The notes under the pieces: generated by a model | Seen by the model: only the letters and a program-made list of their open reading frames with translations | Database searches by the model: none | Told to the model about the DNA's origin: nothing | Source: an uncultured Elusimicrobia bacterium | GTDB lineage: Bacteria; Elusimicrobiota; Elusimicrobia; UBA1565; UBA9628 | Reading direction: 5' to 3' | Assembly: GCA_965283875.1 (NCBI GenBank) | Contig: CBDIQC010000001.1 | Location: forward strand, 1,086,378-1,150,377 | DNA length: 64,000 nt | Position numbers and translations under genes: made by a program | Shown: positions 46,684 to 55,959 of the stretch, in pieces | How positions within the stretch are numbered: the first letter of the stretch is position 1 | Layout: each line of letters opens with the position of its first letter

Positions 46684-49600
46684 ATGCCCCTCTTTCGCCG
46701 CCGCCTGTCCGTCGTTCTTAGCGCGCTGATAGCCTGCCCGTCATCTCTCCTGGCGCGCGTGCTCGACCCCATCGTCTTGCCCACCGCCGTGGTCACCGTC
46801 GTGCCCGCTCGAGATGACAATCCCAAGGGCCCCACGACCAGCGCCGCGCCCATCCCCGACGCCGTCTCGGCGTCTTTAGGCGCCGGCGACTCGCCCGCGA
46901 CTGACGGCGCAGACGGCAAAGTCGCGCTTCAGTCCACGCCCGCCTCACGGCTTCCCTGCGGCTCGCCGGCCCTCGACGCCGCGCCGCGTTTCCACAGCGG
47001 CAGCACGGTATCCACGCCTTGGGGCCTGGGCTGGTCCTCCGACCTCGATCATCAGCTCATCGTCGAGTCATCCCACACGGTGGTCTGGCTTGACGGCAAC
47101 GCCAACCGCGTCAGGCTGTTTAGAAGCGGCTCTAACCCGGCCCCGCCCCACGTCTATAACGCGCCTTCGGGGCTTTTCGTCAGGTTGACCGTCACCGGGC
47201 TGCTCTCAGGTCAACCCGGCACCGCCTCGCTTCGCGAAAAAGACGGCACCGTGCGTACTTTTAGCCGTCTCAACACGAATACGCCGCTCTACCTCACCGG
47301 CCTCACCGACCGCAACGGCAACACCGTCGCCTATACCCGCGTCTCGGGCCTGCTCACCAAAGTCTTAGACGTCCACGGCCGCTTCATCGACCTCACCTAC
47401 GACGCCTCAGACCGCGTCGCGTCCTTAACCGACTCGGCCGGGCGCACCTTCACCCACACCTACGACGCCCAAGGCCGCCGGCTCACTGAAAACGGCCCTG
47501 ACGGCTTGACCACCTACGCCTATGACGCGGGTAACCGCATCTCCCGGCTGACTTACCCCGACGGCGGCGTTAAGAACTTCACCTACGACGCCCAAGGCCG
47601 CGTGCTCACCGAAGACGACGGCGCGGGCGTTAACCGCCGCGCCTACGAATACCTAGCCGACCGCACCCGCGTTACCGACGCCGATAACGGCGTGACTACC
47701 ACCGAGTTCATCCAACGCGACGGCCTTAAAAAGCCCACCCGCGTCACCGACCCCGAAGGCCGCGTAACGACCTACACCTATGACGCGGCCTTTAACCTCG
47801 CCACCGTCACCGACCCCTTAAGCCGAATCACGCGTTACACCTACGACGCCCGCGGCAACGTCACCGTGACCCAGGACCCCGCCGGTGGATTCACCTTAGC
47901 CAGCTACGAGCCGGTTTTCGACATGCCCACCCAACTCACCAGCCCGCGAAGCCTCGTGACCACCTTAAGCTACGACGCCAAGGGCAACCTGACCACCGCG
48001 CTCGACCCCGCCGGTCAAAGCACCCAAAGAACCTACGACAGCTTCGGCCACCTCGCCACCGAGCGCGACCCCCGCAGCCAAACCACCGCCTTCACCTATA
48101 AAAGCGCCAACGGCGCGCTGGCCACGGTCACCGACCCAGAAGGCCGGGTGACCACGCTTACCACCGACGCCTTAAGCCGCGTTACCCGCAGCCTCGACGC
48201 CAAGGGCAAGGCCACCGATTACCAATACGACGCCTCGGGCAACCTGACCCAGGTCACCGACGACTTGGGCGGGGTGACCAGCTATCAATACGAACCCGGC
48301 CGTCCCAGCAAGCGCCTAATTAGCGTCACCGACGCCAAGAACCACACGACCAGCTTCCAGTACGACGGCCACGGCCGCTTAATCTCGGTAAGCAACGCCT
48401 TAAACCAGGCCCGCGGCTCGGTCTATGACGCCAAGGGCATGTTAACCCAGACCACTAATGCCCGCGGCCAGGTCATCAGCTACGACTACGACGGGGCGGG
48501 ACGCTTAACGGGCAAGGCCACGCCTGATGGTGCCTACAGCTACGCCTATGACCTAGCGGGCAACCTCACCTCGGTGAGCAACCAAAACGGCTCAGTCGCC
48601 ATGACCTACGACGCGCTTAACCGCGTCATCCAGGTGACCCAAAGCGTGCCCCCCGCAGCGCCGGTAATCATCGCCTATAGCTACGACGCCGACGGCAACC
48701 GCATCACGATGACAACGCCTTGGGGCAACTTCGCCTATGCCTACGACAACGCTAATCGCCTGACACGCATCACTAACCCCCAAAACGGCCACTTCGACTT
48801 CGATTACGACCTGGCAAGCCGACGGACAGAGCTGACTTACCCTAACGGCGTCATCACCACCTACGCCTATGACGACGCGGGTCAGGCCACGAGCATCGTC
48901 CACCGCAAAGGCGCCGGCGGCCCGATTATCGCGCGGGCCGACTACCAATACGACCTGGCGGGCAACCGGACCTCGATGACGGACCAAGACGGCCTGCACG
49001 CCTTCGACTACGACGACCTGCACCGCTTAACCGAGGCATTACACCCCAGCACGAACACCTTAGTCCAAGCCGAGACCTTCAGCTACGACGCGGTGGGCAA
49101 CCGGCTGGCGGATGCCCAAATCACGGGCTACACTTACGACAACGCCGACAGGCTGACGCAAAGCAGCAGCTTCACCTATACCTACGACGCCGACGGCAAC
49201 ATGACCAGTCGCACCGACCGGGCCACGAACTTGACGACCACCTTCGACTACGACAGCGAGAACCGGCTTACCGGCGCGCAACTGCCGGGCGGGCCCAATT
49301 GGACCTACAAGTACGACGCGTTAGGCCGACGCGTCCAGAAGTCGTCGGGGACCGCACCCAGCCAAATCACGCGCTACAGCTACGACGGCCAAGACATCAT
49401 CGCGACCAAGGCGGGTGACGACGCGTTAACCGGCGTGTACACCCACGGCGGGGGCATAGACGAGCCATTGGCGCTAGTGGCGAGCCAAGTCCACTTCATG
49501 CACGCTGATGCGCTCGGCTCGATAGTCGCTCACACGAGCCTGACCGGCGACCTACAGGAGCGCGTCAGCTACACGGCTTACGGGCAGGCAAGATTTAGCA

Positions 49601-50157
49601 ATGTCAGTGGTAGCACGAGCGCGGTGTCAGCGACGGGGAGCCCGTTCGCGTTTACGGCCCGAGAACTAGATGACGAGACGGGCCTATACTTCCACCGCAA
49701 CCGCCAGACTTATGAACCCGGGGCGGGGAGGTTCTTTCAGGCTGATCCGATAGGAATTGCGGGTGGGGTAAATACATACGCATACGTTGATTCCAACCCT
49801 CAGCGGTTTACCGACGCGTTTGGATTAAGCCCTGTCGAAGCAGACGTAAGTAATCAACGTGATTGGGGTGAGCAGGGAATTGAGCCTACGTACTTAGAGG
49901 TAGACGCCGTCTTGGCTGGAGTTGGTGGCGCCCCTTTCGCTGCAAACCGAATGTGCCAATTGAGTACTGGAAAGCCATTGAAGGCGTTCTTTAGATTTGA
50001 GATTGGCTCGTTCGGCAATCTGAGCGCTTCCGGTGCCGCCGGGAAAATAAGAACAAGACATTTCAATATAGGCGAACTCCATATTTTGATTAATCCTTTT
50101 AAGTACAGATATCTGACCGGGTCAGTATTTAAATTTTGGTGGAAGAAGCCAAAATGA
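46684..50157 (+). CDS. RHS-repeat polymorphic toxin 1 (full length, Sec signal peptide, YD repeats, RHS core ending ...DPxGL, ~110-aa unknown C-terminal toxin)
   Basis: signal peptide MPLFRRRLSVVLSALIACPSSLLA; dozens of YD repeats (YxYDxxGN/R); ...GRFFQADPIGIAGG...NPQRFTDAFGL then divergent AT-richer tip. Confidence 0.9.
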   Translation: MPLFRRRLSVVLSALIACPSSLLARVLDPIVLPTAVVTVVPARDDNPKGPTTSAAPIPDAVSASLGAGDSPATDGADGKVALQSTPASRLPCGSPALDAAPRFHSGSTVSTPWGLGWSSDLDHQLIVESSHTVVWLDGNANRVRLFRSGSNPAPPHVYNAPSGLFVRLTVTGLLSGQPGTASLREKDGTVRTFSRLNTNTPLYLTGLTDRNGNTVAYTRVSGLLTKVLDVHGRFIDLTYDASDRVASLTDSAGRTFTHTYDAQGRRLTENGPDGLTTYAYDAGNRISRLTYPDGGVKNFTYDAQGRVLTEDDGAGVNRRAYEYLADRTRVTDADNGVTTTEFIQRDGLKKPTRVTDPEGRVTTYTYDAAFNLATVTDPLSRITRYTYDARGNVTVTQDPAGGFTLASYEPVFDMPTQLTSPRSLVTTLSYDAKGNLTTALDPAGQSTQRTYDSFGHLATERDPRSQTTAFTYKSANGALATVTDPEGRVTTLTTDALSRVTRSLDAKGKATDYQYDASGNLTQVTDDLGGVTSYQYEPGRPSKRLISVTDAKNHTTSFQYDGHGRLISVSNALNQARGSVYDAKGMLTQTTNARGQVISYDYDGAGRLTGKATPDGAYSYAYDLAGNLTSVSNQNGSVAMTYDALNRVIQVTQSVPPAAPVIIAYSYDADGNRITMTTPWGNFAYAYDNANRLTRITNPQNGHFDFDYDLASRRTELTYPNGVITTYAYDDAGQATSIVHRKGAGGPIIARADYQYDLAGNRTSMTDQDGLHAFDYDDLHRLTEALHPSTNTLVQAETFSYDAVGNRLADAQITGYTYDNADRLTQSSSFTYTYDADGNMTSRTDRATNLTTTFDYDSENRLTGAQLPGGPNWTYKYDALGRRVQKSSGTAPSQITRYSYDGQDIIATKAGDDALTGVYTHGGGIDEPLALVASQVHFMHADALGSIVAHTSLTGDLQERVSYTAYGQARFSNVSGSTSAVSATGSPFAFTARELDDETGLYFHRNRQTYEPGAGRFFQADPIGIAGGVNTYAYVDSNPQRFTDAFGLSPVEADVSNQRDWGEQGIEPTYLEVDAVLAGVGGAPFAANRMCQLSTGKPLKAFFRFEIGSFGNLSASGAAGKIRTRHFNIGELHILINPFKYRYLTGSVFKFWWKKPK

Positions 50158-50750
50158 ACACCTCAGAATCTGATTACGTCATCATGAAACAACCAGTAGA
50201 TGCTTGGGCCCGTGATGCGGGCTGGGCCGACTACGACTCGAGCATTCAAATCTTCACGTTAAACCCCGGAATTATTTGCAACGAACAAGGCTGCCTCCTT
50301 GCGGAGTTGCTGGGGGCTTTTAGGAGTGGCCATCCGCACTCGGGTTTTATCATTGAGGATAAGTGGGCTCTGGGTCTCCATAAAGAAATTGGTGGCGCGC
50401 GGCAGATTGTCAAAAACGGAGCAAGCTACCTCTTTATTCAAGATCCCGCACTCGACGAGATCTCGAGTCTGTTTCGTCAGCACTGGAATGATATTGGGTT
50501 CGTTTTTACGGTTCGCTCTCAGCTGGAATCCGAGCGCAGCGTAGATGCGCTAATTACTGCATACGAAACAGAGCGGTGTGGACAGTTCCTGGAAAATTCC
50601 ATAGCCCACCTGCTGACTACCGGACACGATAACAACTTTATTTTTCTAGCGACAAAATCCGAGTTCACCGCCCTACAAGCACAAATAAAATCTATGTGTG
50701 AGAAATACGGCAAAACACTAAAAATTATCACGGGAGCTCGAAGAGGATAG
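50154..50750 (+). CDS. putative cognate immunity protein 1 (soluble, 198 aa)
   Basis: ATGA overlap with RHS1 stop; AT-rich; no TM, consistent with cytoplasm-acting toxin. Confidence 0.55.
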   Translation: MNTSESDYVIMKQPVDAWARDAGWADYDSSIQIFTLNPGIICNEQGCLLAELLGAFRSGHPHSGFIIEDKWALGLHKEIGGARQIVKNGASYLFIQDPALDEISSLFRQHWNDIGFVFTVRSQLESERSVDALITAYETERCGQFLENSIAHLLTTGHDNNFIFLATKSEFTALQAQIKSMCEKYGKTLKIITGARRG

Positions 50751-53700
50751 TTGTCGCGGTTTTTTTCGTGCCGCCGCCTGTGCGTCGTTCTCTGCGCGCT
50801 GATAGCCTGCCCGTCATCTCTCCTGGCGCGCGTGCTCGACCCCATCGTCTTGCCCACCGCCGTGGTCACCGTCGTGCCCGCTCGAGATGACAATCCCAAG
50901 GGCCCCACGACCAGCGCCGCGCCCATCCCGGACGCCGTGTCGTCATCTTTAGGCGCGGGCGACTCGCCCGCGACTGACGGCGCAGACGGCAAAGTCGCGC
51001 TTCAGTCCACTCCCGTCTCACGCCTTCCCTGCGGCTCCCCGGCGCTCGACGCCGCCCCGCGTTTCCACAGCGGCAGCACGGTCTTAACGCCTTGGGGCCT
51101 GGGCTGGTCCTCCGACCTCGACCACCAGCTCATCGTCGAATCATCTCACACGGTGGTCTGGCTCGACGGCAACGCTAATCGCGTCCGGCTGTTTCGCAGC
51201 GGCTCTAACCCGGCACCGCCACACGTCTATAACGCGCCTTCGGGGCTCTTCGTCAGGCTTACCGTCACCGGGCTGCTATCAGGCCAGCCGGGGACCGCCT
51301 CTCTTCGCGAAAAAGATGGCACTGTTCGCACCTTTAATCGTAGCAACGTCAACACGCCGCTCTACCTCACCGGCCTCATCGACCGCAACGGCAACACCGT
51401 CGCTTACACCCGCGTCTCGGGCCTGCTCACCAAAGTCTTAGACGTCCACGGCCGCTTCATCGACCTCACCTACGACGCCTCAGACCGCGTCGCGTCCTTA
51501 ACCGACTCGGCCGGGCGCACCTTCACCCACACCTACGACGCCCAAGGCCGCCGGCTCACTGAAAACGGCCCTGACGGCTTGACCACCTACGCCTATGACG
51601 CGGGTAACCGCATCTCCCGGCTGACTTACCCCGACGGCGGCGTTAAGAACTTCACCTACGACGCCCAAGGCCGCGTGCTCACCGAAGACGACGGCGCGGG
51701 CGTTAACCGCCGCGCCTATGAATACCTAGCCGACCGCACCCGCGTCACCGACGCCGATAACGGCGTGACTACCACCGAGTTCATCCAACGCGACGGCCTT
51801 AAAAAGCCCACCCGCGTCACCGACCCCGAAGGCCGCGTAACGACCTACACCTATGACGCGGCCTTTAACCTCGCCACCGTCACCGACCCCTTAAGCCGAA
51901 TCACGCGTTACACCTACGACGCCCGCGGCAACGTCACCGTGACCCAGGACCCCGCCGGTGGATTCACCTTAGCCAGCTACGAGCCGGTTTTCGACATGCC
52001 CACCCAACTCACCAGCCCGCGAAGCCTCGTGACCACCTTAAGCTACGACGCCAAGGGCAACCTGACCACCGCGCTCGACCCCGCCGGTCAAAGCACCCAA
52101 AGAACCTACGACAGCTTCGGCCACCTCGCCACCGAGCGCGACCCCCGCAGCCAAACCACCGCCTTCACCTATAAAAGCGCCAACGGCGCGCTGGCCACGG
52201 TCACCGACCCAGAAGGCCGGGTGACCACGCTTACCACCGACGCCTTAAGCCGCGTTACCCGCAGCCTCGACGCCAAGGGCAAGGCCACCGATTACCAATA
52301 CGACGCCTCGGGCAACCTGACCCAGGTCACCGACGACTTGGGCGGGGTGACCAGCTATCAATACGAACCCGGCCGTCCCAGCAAGCGCCTAATTAGCGTG
52401 ACCGACGCCAAGAACCACACGACCAGCTTCCAGTACGACGGCCACGGCCGCTTAATCTCGGTAAGCAACGCCTTAAACCAGGCCCGCGGCTCGGTCTATG
52501 ACGCCAAGGGCATGTTAACCCAGACCACTAATGCCCGCGGCCAGGTCATCAGCTACGACTACGACGGGGCGGGACGCTTAACGGGCAAGGCCACGCCTGA
52601 TGGTGCCTACAGCTACGCCTATGACCTAGCGGGCAACCTCACCTCGGTGAGCAACCAAAACGGCTCAGTCGCCATGACCTACGACGCGCTTAACCGCGTC
52701 ATCCAGGTGACCCAAAGCGTGCCCCCCGCAGCGCCGGTAATCATCGCCTATAGCTACGACGCCGACGGCAACCGCATCACGATGACAACGCCTTGGGGCA
52801 ACTTCGCCTATGCCTACGACAACGCTAATCGCCTGACACGCATCACCAACCCCCAAAACGGCCACTTCGACTTCGATTACGACCTGGCAAGCCGACGGAC
52901 CAGGCTGACTTACCCTAACGGCGTCATCACCACCTACGCTTACGACGACGCGGGTCAGGCGACCAGCATCGTCCACCGCAAAGGCGCCGGCGGCCCGATT
53001 ATCGCGCGGGCCGACTACCAATACGACCTGGCGGGCAACCGGACCTCGATGACGGACCAAGACGGCCTGCACGCCTTCGACTACGACGACCTGCACCGCT
53101 TAACCGAGGCATTACACCCCAGCACGAACACCTTAGTCCAAGCCGAGACCTTCAGCTACGACGCGGTGGGCAACCGGCTGGCGGATGCGCTCATTGGGGG
53201 CTACACTTACGACAGCGCCGATAGGCTCACGCAAAGCAGCAGCTTCACCTATACCTACGACGCCGACGGCAACATGACCAGTCGCACCGACCGGGCCACG
53301 AACTTGACGACCACCTTCGACTACGACAGCGAGAACCGGCTTACCGGCGCGCAACTGCCGGGCGGGCCCAATTGGACCTACAAGTACGACGCGTTAGGCA
53401 GACGCGTTCAGAAGTCGTCGGGGACCGCACCCAGTCAAATCACGCGCTACAGCTACGACGGCCAGGACATCATCGCGATGAGGGCGGGCGACGACGGGCT
53501 TAAGGCGGTCTATACGCACGGCGGGGGCATAGACGAGCCATTGGCGCTAGCGGCGAGCCAAGTCCACTTCATGCACGCTGATGCGCTCGGCTCGATAGTC
53601 GCTCACACGAGCCTGACCGGCGACCTACAGGAACGAATCAGCTACACGGCTTACGGGCAGGCAAGATTTAGCAATCTCAGTGGTAGCACGAGCGCGGTGT

Positions 53701-54263
53701 CGGTGACGGGCAGCCCGTTCGCGTTTACGGCGCGCGAGCTCGACGACGAGGCCGGGTTGTATTTCCACCGCAACCGCCAGACTTATGAGCCCGGGGCGGG
53801 GAGGTTTTTTCAGGCCGATCCGATCGGCATGCATGGCGGAATAAATCTTTTCGCGTATGGTGAAAACAACCCACTATCTAAAATCGATCCTTTCGGGACC
53901 GATGTGCTTCTTGTCCGTCAAGGCGCAAAAGAGTTTTTCCATGAGGTGGTGTATATCGGAAACCCACAGGCGGGATATACCAAGTTCGAATTCTCCCCAG
54001 CGACTTCAAGAACGCTACTGGTTTTGCCACTCGATTGGCCCGGGGTAGCATTTTATACGCCGTTAGCGCCAAAAGTGAAAGGTACAGTCGTTCGGCAATT
54101 TCCGCAAAGTGCCGATTTAGATGCGCTTGCTGTTATCCGTGGGCGCTCCAAAATCAAAGCCGGATGGGAAGACATGCCGTACAACCTTTACTCGAGAAAT
54201 TGTCGGGCGTTCTCGAGAACACTCTACTCAGAACTTACGACGAGCATGGGGCCATCACGGTGA
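50751..54263 (+). CDS. RHS-repeat polymorphic toxin 2 (TTG start; >95% identical body to RHS1; LRAT/NlpC-P60-like C-terminal toxin)
   Basis: same signal peptide core (ALIACPSSLLARVLDPIV); tip after ...NPLSKIDPFGT contains H (FFHEVVYIG) and C (YNLYSRNCRAF) in LRAT-like order. Confidence 0.85.
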   Translation: MSRFFSCRRLCVVLCALIACPSSLLARVLDPIVLPTAVVTVVPARDDNPKGPTTSAAPIPDAVSSSLGAGDSPATDGADGKVALQSTPVSRLPCGSPALDAAPRFHSGSTVLTPWGLGWSSDLDHQLIVESSHTVVWLDGNANRVRLFRSGSNPAPPHVYNAPSGLFVRLTVTGLLSGQPGTASLREKDGTVRTFNRSNVNTPLYLTGLIDRNGNTVAYTRVSGLLTKVLDVHGRFIDLTYDASDRVASLTDSAGRTFTHTYDAQGRRLTENGPDGLTTYAYDAGNRISRLTYPDGGVKNFTYDAQGRVLTEDDGAGVNRRAYEYLADRTRVTDADNGVTTTEFIQRDGLKKPTRVTDPEGRVTTYTYDAAFNLATVTDPLSRITRYTYDARGNVTVTQDPAGGFTLASYEPVFDMPTQLTSPRSLVTTLSYDAKGNLTTALDPAGQSTQRTYDSFGHLATERDPRSQTTAFTYKSANGALATVTDPEGRVTTLTTDALSRVTRSLDAKGKATDYQYDASGNLTQVTDDLGGVTSYQYEPGRPSKRLISVTDAKNHTTSFQYDGHGRLISVSNALNQARGSVYDAKGMLTQTTNARGQVISYDYDGAGRLTGKATPDGAYSYAYDLAGNLTSVSNQNGSVAMTYDALNRVIQVTQSVPPAAPVIIAYSYDADGNRITMTTPWGNFAYAYDNANRLTRITNPQNGHFDFDYDLASRRTRLTYPNGVITTYAYDDAGQATSIVHRKGAGGPIIARADYQYDLAGNRTSMTDQDGLHAFDYDDLHRLTEALHPSTNTLVQAETFSYDAVGNRLADALIGGYTYDSADRLTQSSSFTYTYDADGNMTSRTDRATNLTTTFDYDSENRLTGAQLPGGPNWTYKYDALGRRVQKSSGTAPSQITRYSYDGQDIIAMRAGDDGLKAVYTHGGGIDEPLALAASQVHFMHADALGSIVAHTSLTGDLQERISYTAYGQARFSNLSGSTSAVSVTGSPFAFTARELDDEAGLYFHRNRQTYEPGAGRFFQADPIGMHGGINLFAYGENNPLSKIDPFGTDVLLVRQGAKEFFHEVVYIGNPQAGYTKFEFSPATSRTLLVLPLDWPGVAFYTPLAPKVKGTVVRQFPQSADLDALAVIRGRSKIKAGWEDMPYNLYSRNCRAFSRTLYSELTTSMGPSR

Positions 54264-54562
54264 TACAAGCCACTCCAATCGTTCGTTCGATTGGCAAAGC
54301 GTTATCCTGGCTTCTGACGGCCTATCTGCTCCTCTACCTTACAGGGTTCGTGTTCGCCTACATGCAAAGCATTCCGGATCGTTGGGAATCGCCGTTGCTA
54401 CGGGGGTTCGGCTACGTTCTAACGGCAACTGCACTAATTCTGGCGTACGCAATTCCGCTGATGTACGTAAATGCAAAGAAGTCAGATTATCAATCAAGGT
54501 TGCGTCGATGGTTTGCTGTGGAAGTTGTCTCGATAGCACTTCTTATTGCGTATACATATTAG
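54260..54562 (+). CDS. putative immunity protein 2 (small 3-TM membrane protein, GTG start overlapping RHS2 stop)
   Basis: GTGA overlap; hydrophobic helices LSWLLTAYLLLYLTGFVFAY, FGYVLTATALILAYAIPLMYV, FAVEVVSIALLIAY. Confidence 0.45.
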   Translation: MIQATPIVRSIGKALSWLLTAYLLLYLTGFVFAYMQSIPDRWESPLLRGFGYVLTATALILAYAIPLMYVNAKKSDYQSRLRRWFAVEVVSIALLIAYTY

Positions 54563-54592
54563 TAGCAAGCCCGAGCATCGGCCTACGACGAC

Positions 54593-55957
54593 ATGGGCCG
54601 CTTAATGCAGACCGTCAACGCCCGCGGCCATACCGCTACCTACGCCTACGACGACGCGGGCCAGGCGACCAGCATCGTCCATCGCAAAGGCGCGGGCGGC
54701 CCGGTTATCGCGCGGGCCGACTACCAATACGACGCGGCAGGCAACCGGACCTCGATGACGGACCAAGACGGCCAGCACGCCTTCGACTACGACGACCTGC
54801 ACCGCTTAACCGAGGCCGTTCACCCCAGCACGAACACCTTAGTCCAAGCCGAGACCTTCAGCTACGACGCGGTGGGCAACCGGCTGGCGGATGCGCTCAT
54901 TGGGGGCTACACTTACGACAGCGCCGATAGGCTCACGCAAAGCAGCAGCTTCACCTATACCTACGACGCCGACGGCAACATGACCAGTCGCACCGACCGG
55001 GCCACGAACTTGACGACCACCTTCGACTACGACAGCGAGAACCGGCTTACCGGCGCGCAACTGCCGGGCGGGCCTAGCTGGACGTATAAATACGACGCCT
55101 TGGGGCGGCGCGTTCAGAAATCGTCGGGGACCGCACCCAGCCAAATCACGCGCTACAGCTACGACGGCCAAGACATCATCGCGACCAAGGCGGGCGACGA
55201 CGGGCTGAAGGCGGTCTATACGCACGGTGGCGGCATAGACGAGCCGCTGGCCCAGGTGGGTGAAGACGTTCACTTCATGCACGCTGATGCGCTCGGCTCA
55301 GTCGTGGCGCACACGAGCCTGACCGGCGACCTACAGGAGCGCGTCAGCTACACGGCTTACGGGCAGGCAAGATTTAGCAATCTCAGTGGTAGCACGAGCG
55401 CGGTGTCAACTACGGGGAGCCCGTTCGCGTTCACGGCCCGAGAACTAGACGACGAGACGGGCCTATACTTCCACCGCAATCGCCAGACTTATGAGCCGGG
55501 GGCGGGGAGGTTCTTTCAGGCCGACCCGATTGGGATTGCGGGTGGAGTGAATGTTTACGCGTATGTAGAAGGGCGACCGACCAAGCTGAGCGACCCCTAC
55601 GGCCTATTTATGTTCGAAGGAGGCATCTCTGGAATCGGTGATTTTATTCACAACTATATCGAGCTTAGAGCTGCGAACCGGGAGCAGAATTTAAGCGGAA
55701 CGGATAAGTACTATCACTGCAAAGCTAACTGTGAGTCGAGCAGCAGAGGTGCGGGAGGATTCGCTGTCGCATGCGCCGCATCGGTAACCCGAGAAGTGTT
55801 AGACATGCGAATCAAATCCTCGCCCGTCGATGACAGCGCCAAGGACATGCTTGCGAACATCTACGGGGCAGCAAGTGGCCGAGGTGCCAGTGCTCCAAGT
55901 CGTTGCCGTCAGATATGCGAGCCATTCCGCCCCAAAACGCTGGATCCAAAATATTAA
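54593..55957 (+). CDS. orphan 5'-truncated RHS C-terminal module with serum-amyloid-A (SAA)-like toxin tip
   Basis: begins mid-repeat after tandem stops (tagtag); RHS core ...RPTKLSDPYGL; tip DKYYHCKANCESSSRGAGGFAVA ... PFRPKTLDPKY aligns with SAA [23 protein letters not shown] ... HFRPAGLPEKY. Confidence 0.7.
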   Translation: MGRLMQTVNARGHTATYAYDDAGQATSIVHRKGAGGPVIARADYQYDAAGNRTSMTDQDGQHAFDYDDLHRLTEAVHPSTNTLVQAETFSYDAVGNRLADALIGGYTYDSADRLTQSSSFTYTYDADGNMTSRTDRATNLTTTFDYDSENRLTGAQLPGGPSWTYKYDALGRRVQKSSGTAPSQITRYSYDGQDIIATKAGDDGLKAVYTHGGGIDEPLAQVGEDVHFMHADALGSVVAHTSLTGDLQERVSYTAYGQARFSNLSGSTSAVSTTGSPFAFTARELDDETGLYFHRNRQTYEPGAGRFFQADPIGIAGGVNVYAYVEGRPTKLSDPYGLFMFEGGISGIGDFIHNYIELRAANREQNLSGTDKYYHCKANCESSSRGAGGFAVACAASVTREVLDMRIKSSPVDDSAKDMLANIYGAASGRGASAPSRCRQICEPFRPKTLDPKY

Positions 55958-55959
55958 CA

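Noticed and set aside
48592-49281. Repeated small minus-strand ORFs inside RHS genes (also 52665-53354, 58343-59032, 60864-61553, 63280-63969)
   Set aside because: Antisense frames of the near-identical RHS bodies. Their recurrence only reflects the gene duplication.
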